A stretch of DNA of 63,864 nt, filler included, from Octopus bimaculoides (lineage: Eukaryota), in NCBI RefSeq assembly GCF_001194135.2. It is 7 parts of 7 records of this genome, joined end to end, with 100 filler letters (N's around TTAATTAATTAA, not from the genome) between each part and the next. Parts side by side here need not be neighbours in the genome. Positions count along the whole stretch, not along the records: positions 40,451 to 58,712 come from NC_068999.1; 6 more parts are not named here. One strand, given 5' to 3'. The notes below the pieces were generated by a model. The model worked only from the letters and a program-made list of their open reading frames with translations. It made no database searches and was not told the DNA's origin. A program made the translations under genes and the position numbers. This document shows positions 45,188 through 56,765 of the stretch, piece after piece; positions within the stretch are counted from its first letter, which is position 1, and every line of letters starts with the position of its first letter.

Positions 45188-45640
45188 CATCATCATCATC
45201 ATCATCATCATCCTCATCATCATCATCATCATCGTAGTTGTCTTCTGCAACAGGAGCAGGATTATCATCGGCATCATCATCATCATCATCATCATCGCCA
45301 ATCAACAGCAGCAGCAGCAGCAGCAACAACAACAAGAAACAACAACCGCAACAGATGACGCAGAATAAGACAGAAATAAAAACATCGAAGGCAAAGGTGG
45401 CAGTAGGTGTGGCGATGATGATGATGTTGATGATGATGGTGATGATGATGATGATGGCGGAGTTGAGGATGATAATGGCGGTTGAAGTGACGTTGGTAGT
45501 ACCGTGTTGTAGTCGTAGTCGTATTGATGTTCATAGTGGCAATGATTAGAAGGAGCCAATTAATTAGAGAAGGATGACTAAGATTATGATGATGATGATG
45601 ACGATGATGATGATGATGACGACGACGATGATGACGCCCA
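44720..45640. repeat. Large compound trinucleotide arrays (CAT/CGT/CAC/CAG/CAA, then GAT/GAC)
   Basis: Read directly; includes higher-order (CAT)n-CCT units at 45120-45230. Confidence 0.95.
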
Positions 45641-45789
45641 TAATTACGTTAATGATGTCATTCGGTTTCGTGGTTATGATGATTGTTCATTGCTAAATGA
45701 CATACGGTATTATCGATATAATTTCCCTCCCCACATTTTAGATCTTACGTAAATAGCGATATTTACAACACACACACTCACACCCATGC

Positions 45790-45849
<60 letters not shown>

Positions 45850-46307
45850 AGTGATAAATGTTAAAAAGTTATATGATATAAAAAGTAGACAATAAATGCT
45901 CAGATCAGACCAAGTAACTAAAACCCAACGTTGAATGAACGAGTACAAGATCCGTAGAAATAGGGATTGGCTATAGGCAATGTACAGATCGAGCTAATGT
46001 AGATATAATAAAGATGCATTAAGCTACCAGATGTACTGGCAACTTAATGTATCACGTCATTTATAGAGAAAAGAGCAGAAAAGTATATAAATTCAGTAGA
46101 AAATTTAAGACAACCTGGAGAGTACAAGTTTATAGTGATTGCACAGTCAGATACAAATCTAGGAAGTTCATTCAATAATCTCACCGATGAGATACAGGAG
46201 AATTTGATTAGCCCTTCGTGCTGGTTCAACCTAGATAGGTAAGTAAGAATCCTGGGAACGACTACTCGAAAGCTCGAAAGTAAGGGTACGTAAAGTACAG
46301 GTAGTTC

Positions 46308-46672
46308 TGTGGCTGTGTGGTAAGTAGCTTGCTTACCAACCACATGGTTCTGGGTTCAGTCCCACTGCGTGGCACCTTGGGAAAGTGTCTTCTACTATAG
46401 CCTCGGGCCAACCAAAGCCTTGTGAGTGGATTTGGTAGACAGAAAATGAAAGTAGCCCGTCGTATATATGTATACATGTATGTGTGTCTGTATTTGCCCC
46501 CCCCCCAACTTAGCTTGACAACCGATGGTGGTGTGTTTATGTCCCCATAACTTAGCGGTTCGGCAAAAGAGACCGATAGAATAAGTACTAGGGGTCGATT
46601 TGCTCGACTAAAGGCGGTGCCCCAGCATGGCCGCAGTCAAATGACTGAAACAAGTAAAAGAGTAAAAGAGTA
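46308..46672 (+). mobile_element. SINE-A, near full length, young
   Basis: Colinear with the family A sequence; ends GTAAAAGAGTAAAAGAG. Confidence 0.88.
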
Positions 46673-47489
46673 ATCGAAGCAGTTGTGTACCTTCTGCCTA
46701 CATATACATAAGGTAGATTGGTGCAAATTATTGTATGTGAATCAGCACGGGTGTAAGTTAGGCAAGTTACTATGTCCCTTTGCAACCCTTTTCTCGCGCA
46801 GCCTCGGCAAGTGATTCCCATGATTTTTACTTGCCTATCTAAGTTAAACTAACTCAAAGGGCTACTCAAATTCTCCTCTCTCTCATCTACATTACGGTAT
46901 GAACTTCCTAGATTTGTATTTGTCTATAAGAAATGTTTATGAACTTTCGCTCCTCGGATTCTCTTGATTTTCTGCTAAATTCATTTACGTTTGTTCTGGC
47001 TTCTATATAAATATGTTATGAATGGCTTAATGCCTTACAACTACTTATTTTATTCTATTAGACAATATATATATATTCAATTATAGTATGTGTATGATAT
47101 GTAAATGTATATGTGTGTATGTATACACACACACATATATGTATATATCTTCGATTTATCGTATTTTATTGCATTCTGTTTCATTACTGTCTCAGCTTGT
47201 ATTCTACGAAGGAAGCTGGTTGTAATTGCATGTGAAGTATGTGTGCTTCGCACGCGCGAGTGCGTACGTGTGTATGTGTGTGCGTCTGTGTGTGTGTGTA
47301 CGACAAAGAGTTCGGATTAAATTTTACAGTTTATATAAAAGGAAAAGGAAGCAAACCTCATCCCAAAATAAAAGTGTTTTTAAATACTCAAAAAATATCA
47401 TCAAGATTACGATTGGGAGATAACAGTCTAGACAGAAGCTGGCCTCGTGTAAACATGCGAGGGTTGAGAGAAATGAATGAGGATTAGGA

Positions 47490-47690
47490 TTATGAAAAGG
47501 GAAAGTGACAAAGAGGCAGATGTGAAGACAGAACTTGGTTTAAAAAAGTGTGATGCGGTGAGGTTCAGACAGTCTAACATTACGGTAAATGAAAAGAACT
47601 TAACGGGAGGCGAAATGGATGATATTGGGGACCAACATTGACCAGCTGAGATGGGCTGAAGAAATAAAAAGAAAATAATGGAGCTATGAG
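47490..47690 (+). mobile_element. Possible decayed R4/Dong RT fragment
   Basis: TELGLKKCDAVRFRQ..EKNLTGGEM resembles MEFGLxKCAVL..GIELxxGE; weak. Confidence 0.25.
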
Positions 47691-47705
47691 AACTGCTTGT
47701 AGTAT

Positions 47706-48125
47706 TCTTACTCTTTTACTCTTTTACTTGTTTCAGTCATTTGACTGCGGTCATGCTGGAGCACCGCCTTTAGTCGAGCAAATCGACCCCAACTTATTCT
47801 TTGTAAGCCTAGTACTTATTCTATCGGTCTCTTTTGCCGAACCGCTAAGTTACGGGGACGTAAACACACCAGCATCGGTTGTCAAGCGATGTTGGGAGGA
47901 CAAACAGACACACAAGCACACACACACATATATATATACATATATATACATATACATATATACGACAAGCTTCTTTCAGTTTCCGTCTACCAAATCCACT
48001 CACAAGGCTTTGGTCAGCCTGAGGCTATAGTAGAAGACACTCGCCCAAGGTGCCACGCAGTGGGACTGAACCCGGAACCATGTGGTTGGTAAGCAAGCTA
48101 CTTACCACACAGCCACTCCTGCGCC
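47706..48125 (-). mobile_element. SINE-A, full length, young
   Basis: Reverse complement of the family A sequence, including the (GTAAAAGA)n tail. Confidence 0.9.
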
Positions 48126-48419
48126 TATAAGTAGTCCATTTTCATAAAATAAAATAATTGATATACAAAATACGTAATTGATAATGGCAAAAACCTGATT
48201 TGAACGGTCAGCAACCAATACTATTTAGCTTTAATTTAAACCCGTAGCTGTCAAACCACTTAGCATAACCGCATCAGGATTATTTGTTTCAAACGCTGTT
48301 TGACAACTAAACGCAGAACCACACATACATACACACAGAACGCACACAAGTATTTTATGTTGTATAATATATTTACATAGATACACATATATATCATATA
48401 CATATGCATTATGCATGTG

Positions 48420-48456
<37 letters not shown>

Positions 48457-48459
<3 letters not shown>

Positions 48460-48597
48460 AATGGTACAACAATGCATTATAATACAAAAAATGGAGTGAC
48501 TATATACCTGTTGTAATTTAGTTAGACCATAGATAACTAAATTACAACAGGTATATAGTACATTTTTTGTATTATAGTGCATTGTTGTACCATTCAA
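48457..48597. repeat. Near-perfect fold-back hairpin (68/64-nt arms, 9-nt loop)
   Basis: TTGAATGGTACAACAATGCA.TATAATACAAAAAATG..ACTATATACCTGTTGTAATTTAGTTA and its reverse complement. Confidence 0.9.
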
Positions 48598-48676
48598 AAC
48601 TTGTTATTCTTTACAAACAATACACAAAGCTTCAAGCGAACTACAATACGCTCCTATGTGTGTGTGTGTATGAATG

Positions 48677-48722
<46 letters not shown>

Positions 48723-48751
48723 AATATATATATTATCGTATGTATAATACA

Positions 48752-48802
<51 letters not shown>

Positions 48803-48974
48803 TGCGTCGAAATTGTGAAATTTTAGTTGGCATCTGTTTGACCACTGCATTACGAGTAGTAGAACTTGGGAGAATAAAACTGCGACGAAGGCATATATAT
48901 ATATATATATCCACATATATACACATGCGTGTACATATATATATATAAATATATAGCAAGAGAGAGATGCTATG

Positions 48975-49173
48975 CAGTAATCCCTCACCATATTGCGGTT
49001 CATCTATCGCGGTTTACTGTTTAAGCTTACATCGATTCCTCCATGGTGTTGTTTTGCATTTATAATAGAATAAATATATACAAATTATTAAAATAATAAT
49101 AAAAAATATACAATACTGTTTCTACTTCGCGGATTTTCTTCTATCGCGAGTCGGGTTTGGAACGTAACACTCG
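48975..49173 (+). mobile_element. Tigger/pogo-like MITE, right terminus missing
   Basis: Begins CAGTAATCCCTC..TATTGCGGTTCATCTATCGCGG; internal TTCGCGGATTTTC..TATCGCG..GGAACGTAAC pattern typical of Tigger-like non-autonomous elements. Confidence 0.5.
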
Positions 49174-49479
49174 TGTTTCATATGCCTTTTTCTATGTACG
49201 TGCACTTACGTGGTTTTTGAATCTGTAAGAGCAATTTGAAATTTGCATTACAAGCTACAAATATCTCTCATCTCATCTCAAGGGGCACAATGTTATTTGT
49301 CTTGTCTGATTTCTGGATATTTAAATACCTTTTCAAACCAGCAAGGGACTTACATGTCTTGTTACAAATACGTCACATGGGCGTGTCTGCTAAAATGATC
49401 TCTGTCTTATTTGGACCAGCTGCATGAAGATGAGTTTTGAGATGTGAAGTTAAGCCTATGCTTATTAACAGTGATATTT

Positions 49480-49735
49480 AAAGGTTGATCTTACCGAACA
49501 TTGAGCAAACTGAAGGATAGCATTAGTTCTGTGTTTAGCAAGGTGTAATTTTTCTGTAGTTCTCTTTTCACTTTGGCTAATATTTGTTTGCTTTCTTCAA
49601 AATACTTCACCCTAGACCAGATCCTTTTTCGACAGTTATTTCTGTCAAGAGCAATAGATTCGACATTTTGTAGGGCATATTAGATTCCCCAAGACTGGTT
49701 TCATACCTTATACAGGGTTTTAAGTTTTACACTGG
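49480..49735 (-). mobile_element. RTE (BovB-like) ORF C-terminal remnant
   Basis: ALQNVESIALDRNNCRKRIWSRVKYFEES (cf. WExLAxDRxxWRxxIxxGVxxFEE). Confidence 0.55.
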
Positions 49736-49738
49736 CAA

Positions 49739-49864
49739 ATATAGATGTTTTTGATCTAGTTTGGATTCTTTGCCATCAAATTTGATTGCAAAGAATTCAA
49801 ATTTGATTGCAAAGAATTCAAATTTCATGGCAAAAAATCCAAACTAGATCGAAAACATCTATAT
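49739..49864. repeat. Near-perfect hairpin: 47-bp arms (3 mismatches), centre overlapping a 21-bp tandem duplication
   Basis: Arms 49739-49785 and 49818-49864; TCAAATTTGATTGCAAAGAAT at 49776-49796 and 49797-49817. Confidence 0.92.
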
Positions 49865-49867
49865 AAA

Positions 49868-50135
49868 GTCAAACAATACAAAGTCAAGAAAGTGTAAAAG
49901 GAATTTGGCCTTTTGGAATGTGCGTACACTAACTAATAACAAAAATAGTCATCACGCAAAAAGGTATACAGCCCTTGTGATCATGAGCTCAAACTTTGTA
50001 ACGTTGAAACAGGGAGTTCGTCCGAAATAGGTCTCCACAGTGTAGGGCAATTTACTGAAGACGGAAGAGGATACACATTTTCTTGGAATGCACTTCCTGA
50101 AGGGAGGTGTAACGAATCAGGTGTAGGTTTTGCGA
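49868..50135 (+). mobile_element. RTE APE-endonuclease N-terminal remnant
   Basis: NLAFWNVRTL..RYTALVDHEL..GQFTEDGRGYTFSWN..ESGVGFAI (WNVRTL and GVGFAI motifs). Confidence 0.75.
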
Positions 50136-50146
50136 TATATATGTGC

Positions 50147-50216
<70 letters not shown>

Positions 50217-50771
50217 NNNNNNNNNNNNNNNNNNNNNNNNNNNNNNNNNNNNNNNNNNNNNNNNNNNNNNNNNNNNNNNNNNNNNNNNNNNNNNNNNNNN
50301 NNNNNNNNNNNNNNNNNNNNNNNNNNNNNNNNNNNNNNNNNNNNNNNNNNNNNNNNNNNNNNNNNNNNNNNNNNNNNNNNNNNNNNNNNNNNNNNNNNNN
50401 NNNNNNNNNNNNNNNNNNNNNNNNNNNNNNNNNNNNNNNNNNNNNNNNNNNNNNNNNNNNNNNNNNNNNNNNNNNNNNNNNNNNNNNNNNNNNNNNNNNN
50501 NNNNNNNNNNNNNNNNNNNNNNNNNNNNNNNNNNNNNNNNNNNNNNNNNNNNNNNNNNNNNNNNNNNNNNNNNNNNNNNNNNNNNNNNNNNNNNNNNNNN
50601 NNNNNNNNNNNNNNNNNNNNNNNNNNNNNNNTAGCATTATATTCATTGAAAAGTTTCTGGTATTTTTGTGTGATCGAAACGTGGCGCTTTACAGAAAGCT
50701 GAATGTTCTTATTAACAGTGACATTTAAATTTTGAAGTGGTTCAAACCAAATGACTTTCTGATCTTTTTGT

Positions 50772-50820
<49 letters not shown>

Positions 50821-52081
50821 CGAGTTTGTGCTTGTGTGCGTGCGTGTGCGTGCGTGTGCGTGCGTGTGCGCATGTCCTGAAACATCAACATTTTTTGAAT
50901 CATTTCAAAATTTGTATCCAAAATTAACTTAGAATAACGTAAGAGGAACAACCTTTGACTCACTGCCACCCATTCAAGAATAATTCAAGGAAATAGGTGA
51001 AGAACAAATGTTAACTGCAATGGAGTGCTAATAGTTTAGGTATTTTTGCTGGAAGTAAAGAAGCTGTCTATGAATATCAGACTCTTCATTCTTCATCAAT
51101 TTAGATTTAACCTTTTTCCTTCTTTTTCTTTCTTTCTTTCTTTCTTTCTCCAACTCCGCTTCACAGTCGCTCACGTTTTTTTTTTCTCCTTCCCTCTGAT
51201 ACAGTACACACGCACATACACTCTCGCGCTTTTCCACACTCATTTACTCATTTCCCTCAGGCAACACTGTATAGATAATATACACCAGAAGAGAGTAAAA
51301 TTCCTGTTCCTAAATCATAACTTTGAAAATATACTATGCAGGTTCAAATTCCATGAAAAATGGAACATGATACGTATTTTGTTTCCTATTTAAATTTGCC
51401 CCTGTTTGTAAAATATTCAGATAATGTGATCTATTGTGCTTCTATTTTTTATCACACATATATGTGTGCGTGTGTGTGCATCTGTGTGTCTGTGTGTATA
51501 GACATATATATATACATATATTTATTTATTTACAATATATATATATATANNNNNNNNNNNNNNNNNNNNNNNNNNNNNNNNNNNNNNNNNNNNNNNNNNN
51601 NNNNNNNNNNNNNNNNNNNNNNNNNNNNNNNNNNNNNNNNNNNNNNNNNNNNNNNNNNNNNNNNNNNNNNNNNNNNNNNNNNNNNNNNNNNNNNNNNNNN
51701 NNNNNNNNNNNNNNNNNNNNNNNNNNNNNNNNAAATTGGATTTAAGTATAATTAACTTTTTCATTTTAAAAACAAACTATATTCAAATTAAGCTTAAATG
51801 ATAGAACTAATTCAAGGAATTTCATGGTATCACTCTCATGCAATGAAGTTTTAAAAGACAAAAGTTATGATAGTTTCTTTCTCAAATTTGAGAGTGATAT
51901 ACTTTTTTCATGAAAGTAGTTCTAGGGGATTTTTAATATATGTCACGGGCATCATTGAGGTAAGGAAAAAACGACACCGCTAACTGACATATTATTAAGT
52001 AGCATAATAGCATAGACTGGAAAAAACATGGATTACATGGGAAAATGCGAGCAAGAGAAATAATATTCTTAAGATTATAAA

Positions 52082-52165
52082 CCTGGAAAAATTATAGGAC
52101 AGGTTATTACACTTGGAAAAGTTCAGGACAAGTTATTACATCTGGCAAAGTAGAGAACAAGAAAA
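52082..52165 (+). repeat. ~29-bp tandem repeat, about 2.5 units
   Basis: CTGGAAAAATTATAGGACAGGTTATTACA / TTGGAAAAGTTCAGGACAAGTTATTACA / CTGGCAAAGTAGAGAACAAG. Confidence 0.6.
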
Positions 52166-53026
52166 ATTTTACTTACAATATTGCAGCTAAGGATAAAATT
52201 TAAATATCAAAAATTATTTGATTTTAATTTACAAAGTAACATTGTAATTAAAAAAGGTATCATCATTTTGTTAAAATATTGACGCACTAGAATACTTAGA
52301 AGATGAGAGCCAGAAGTTCCAATATAGCTAAAGGTTTATGCAAAGTAGAATAGTATATATGGTAGGCAAATTCTTTATGTAAGAAATAGGCATTGGGTCA
52401 AGACTAAAAATGTGAAGACTTGGCAATAACTTAGGCAATAACTCAAGCAAATTTTACTGTGAATTTGTTGTTATAGGTAGATTTTATTGTAATATGTAAC
52501 TAATTTTTGTATTATTCTATTTATTGTACCAACTAATTATATACTACTATTACTTTATTTCACCTATTTTCAAATTTCTAATTATTAATTAATAATTAAA
52601 ATCATGAATTTTTTAATTGAGTTATTTTTATTTTTAATAGAAGTAACAAGTAATAACAAATAGAAGTAATAAGTTGTAACAAAATTTCTAGTTTTAATAT
52701 ATGCTAATGTTTTCTAAATCTAAATATCTTATTTGAAATCTTATCGTTAGCTGTAATATTTTAAGTAAAACTTTTCTTGTTCTCTGCTTTACCAGATGTA
52801 ATAACTTGTCCTGTAGTTCTCCCGGTTTATAATCTTAGGAATATTATTTCTCTTGCTCGCATTTTTCCATGTTATATGTATGTATATGTATGTGTGTGTA
52901 TGTATGTATGTATGTATGTATATATANNNNNNNNNNNNNNNNNNNNNNNNNNNNNNNNNNNNNNNNNNNNNNNNNNNNNNNNNNNNNNNNNNNNNNNNNN
53001 NNNNNNNNNNNNNNNNNNNNNNNNNN

Positions 53027-53065
<39 letters not shown>

Positions 53066-54227
53066 TACGTGCAATTTATAGGAAAGATTCAGGAGAATAA
53101 TTAGAAGCTAGCTGAATGTTGCTTAGGTGTCCTAGGAAACAATGATCATACTTGTGTATGGTTTGATTCCGGGATAAGTAATTAGTATTTAGGAGAAAAT
53201 AGGAAAAATTGAAAAGGGAGACAAACGCTCAGGATGTTATGAAAACATTTACATCTTCATATCTCCTACATATGTTTCAATGGATCACATAAAATACGTC
53301 CGACAGGAAGAATTCTGGTCAGCTATGCTTCAATCTAATGAGGATACATATATACAACAAGCCTCAATAAATAGACATTGTTACAGATATGGGAAATCCT
53401 AGAAAATATGATGTATTTATATGCATATGCATACATAAACATATATACTCAGAACCAAATTACAGATTGAATTGATACCTACCTGGGATTGTCTGCCTGC
53501 TTTGTTACTCACACAGACACACACACACATGCACACACACACACAGACACATACACACACACACATATATATATATATGCGTGTTTGTGTGTGTGCGTGT
53601 GTGTGTGCGTGTGTGTGTGTGCGTGTGTGTGTACAAGTATGTATACACATACATATACACACACACATATATATATACATATACATATTTATATTTTTAC
53701 CAACAGGAACATATATTTGCGCAAACATACACACACTGACACATACATACACATACACTTATACATCTACTCACACCACATACATAAATACATAAGTGTA
53801 CGTTAATAGACGTTTTTGACCATCCACTTATACACATAAACTCACGTTCACATACATGCACAAGAGCATGCACTTCCCAAAATATATATAGACGGAAGCA
53901 CATACTTATATATATAGATAAACATTTACTTAAGCACATATACATATTTGTATACAAACATCGCATACATATATATAGGAGAAGAAGCATATATATACGC
54001 ATATAGAAAGCCAAGTATTGAGAGAACGTTAAAAATTTAAGTGTCGCGAAGGAAATATACTTCAAAGGGTGAGAGAATAAGGAAATGTATAGAAAGATTG
54101 GAAGGGGGAAAGTGAAAACAAGGTAAAAATGGAGGGAGAGAGAGAGAGAGAGAAAGAGTTGAGAGTAACGTGCAAAATTGTATATGTATAAAGGTAGAAA
54201 GAGAGAAAAAGAAGGGAGGAGTAAAAG

Positions 54228-54590
54228 TTATGGGAAGTAAGATAGAAGAATAACGAAAAGATAATTTGCAGAAAATGGGTAGATGCTATTTGAAAAAAGT
54301 GAAGGTATGTCTATTCCAGTGTTTACAATTGTAAACTCTCTCTGTAAACCTTTTACCAGTTTATATTTGGAAAAGAGAATAAAAAATTGCACTTCTGTAC
54401 AAAGAGGACAGAAAGAGTTCCCTTTATCATAGGGAAAATATCTAGATAAAGTTTTCCATCGTAAAGAAAAATGTTTGGCAGAGTCTTTAAGGTGCCAGAT
54501 TAGTTTACTAAATCCAGTGGAGTTACGCGTTCGATTGTATTTGTAGGTAGAGAAATGATTAACCAGTCTGGATTTCAAAACGTAGAGGTT
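54228..54590 (-). mobile_element. Penelope-like GIY-YIG endonuclease remnant
   Basis: KSRLVNHFSTYKYNRTRNSTGFSKLIWHLKD..FSLRWKTL..PYDKGNSFCPLCTE (cf. FKxRxxNH..STxLSKxIWxLK..W.IL..PY..CxLCxxE). Confidence 0.75.
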
Positions 54591-54869
54591 AGACCTATAT
54601 ATATAAAAAAGAAATGTTACCAGAGGTAAATTTGCATTGGTACGCGACTTTTTTTTAATTCGGAAGTTTCCATTAAAACACAGGTTTTATTGGGGTAAAA
54701 ATAAAAAATGCTGGTTACCTTGATGTTATCATTTAAGGAGAACTTATTGTTAGTATTAAAAACCTCGCCAAGGTATATGTATGTTTATATATGTATGTGC
54801 ATGTATGTTTATATATGTATATATATATATACATATATATATATGGATATATGTATATACGTTTATAGG

Positions 54870-54901
<32 letters not shown>

Positions 54902-55234
54902 NNNNNNNNNNNNNNNNNNNNNNNNNNNNNNNNNNNNNNNNNNNNNNNNNNNNNNNNNNNNNNNNNNNNNNNNNNNNNNNNNNNNNNNNNNNNNNNNNNN
55001 NNNNNNNNNNNNNNNNNNNNNNNNNNNNNNNNNNNNNNNNNNNNNNNNNNNNNNNNNNNNNNNNNNNNNNNNNNNNNNNNNNNNNNNNNNNNNNNNNNNN
55101 NNNNNNNNNNNNNATATATAAACATCTAGAAAAACAAATATACCTCAAAAACCCTATTCCAAGAGTCAATAAATTACAGAATCAATAAATAGTAAATAAC
55201 TTGTCTACATTTAATTTTACGTTCATCTAGGGAA

Positions 55235-55480
55235 TTAACTAATTGTTATTATTAGTAAATAATATCTTAATTCATTAGTACTTAATAAAAAAAAATTACT
55301 ACCTATTCGATAAGATTTTGCCTTACAAACTATCTCCCAATTGAAATTGTCCTCAGTATTTTTAGAATTTAGTTCCCATATATATTTACTAAGGCCAGTA
55401 GAGTTAATTAAAATTCTATTCTTAAAAGAGTTCATGTGTTGAGCCACCCGTAATTTTATTTTTTGAGAAGTCGACCCTGC
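55235..55480 (-). mobile_element. Second, distinct Penelope-like GIY-YIG remnant
   Basis: GSTSQKIKLRVAQHMNSFKNR..NSTGLSKYIWELNSK..NFNWEIVCKAKSY. Confidence 0.75.
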
Positions 55481-55489
55481 TGGTAAGAC

Positions 55490-55795
55490 CCATTCGCTCA
55501 TGACTGACCATGGGATTGCACCTAGAAAGATACCCTCTCAAGCACAAGACCGGACAAGGATGTTTTATGGGAGACCTGCAGTCGTCCATGCATACCGGCC
55601 TCCCCTCTCCACGCCACCAATGTTATCCGCGGGAATAGCAAAGGCCGAAGCGGCTTGGCACCTGTGACATCGTACCTCATTTCTACAGCTCAGTGAACTG
55701 GAGAAACGTGAAAGAAAGTGTCTTGTTCAAGAACACAACACGCAGCCCGGTCCGGGATTCGAACTCACAACCGCACTATCATAAGCTCGACGCGT
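55490..55795 (-). mobile_element. SINE family C variant
   Basis: Minus strand GTGAGTTCGAATCCC..GTGTTGTGTTCTTGAACAAGACACTTT..CTCCAGTTCACTGAGCTG. Confidence 0.7.
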
Positions 55796-56130
55796 ACGTG
55801 TTGCATGCAAAGTATCAAAAGTTGCTCACGGAAGGAAAGAAAGGGTGTTTTACTTTCTTCAGAATCACATGACAGAGGAAACGCCAATAGAAAAGCAAGG
55901 CAGAGAAAAAAAATTGCCAACAATCGACATGTAGTTACGTTTTGAAATCGCCACAAGGGAATGGACGAAGAAAAAGTTCTTTCTAAGACAGGAGAGTGTA
56001 AGAGAAGGAGGTAGTTGTGTGTATGCGTGGCTATGCGCGCGCCTGTGTGTATGATAGCAAGTGTGTGCGCGTGTGTGGTGTGAGTGCATGTGTGTAAGTG
56101 CGTGTGCGTGTATATATATATATAGTAATG

Positions 56131-56167
<37 letters not shown>

Positions 56168-56589
56168 TTGTGTTTGTGTGTGTGTGTGTGTAAATGTAAA
56201 GGTAAGATTTATTTAATACAGAGTTTTTTTCTTCCCTAGACACATGGATGGCGCCGTTTCTGTGTGATCGCAGTAACATCAGAGAAAGCACTCTCGATTG
56301 TGAACTAAATACATATGCATGTAAATTTCATGCGTTTACACAGCTCAACGGCAATGTATATGTCCAACTCCGAGGTTGATTTTTAGCGCATTCCATTAAA
56401 GAAAACTGCATAAATACATAGATATATACATAGATACATACATACATACAAACATACATAGATACATAGTTACATAAACACATACATATGTGTGTGCGTG
56501 AGTGTGTGTTTGTGTGAATCTATAATGGATATATGTGCGTGTGAGCATAGTGTATGTATGCATATATAGATGGATATAAAGATAGCGAT

Positions 56590-56765
<176 letters not shown>

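Noticed and set aside
44627-45559. Poly-His, poly-Asp, poly-Met, poly-Ile ORFs (also poly-Ser/Leu at 62863-63291 and Thr-rich at 43.4-44.5 kb)
   Set aside because: Open in most frames on both strands simply because the triplet repeats lack stops; no domain or splice support.
53255-53315. GAAACATATGT motif shared with 39110-39125 as a possible hammerhead 3' half
   Set aside because: No convincing CUGANGA or stem II in any copy.
56240-56378. Strong acceptor (TTTTTTCTTCCCTAG) followed by a 45-codon open frame; similar weak exon candidates at 7410-7570, 51925-51959 and 55862-55930
   Set aside because: No good donor, no recognisable domain, and no consistent multi-exon chain.
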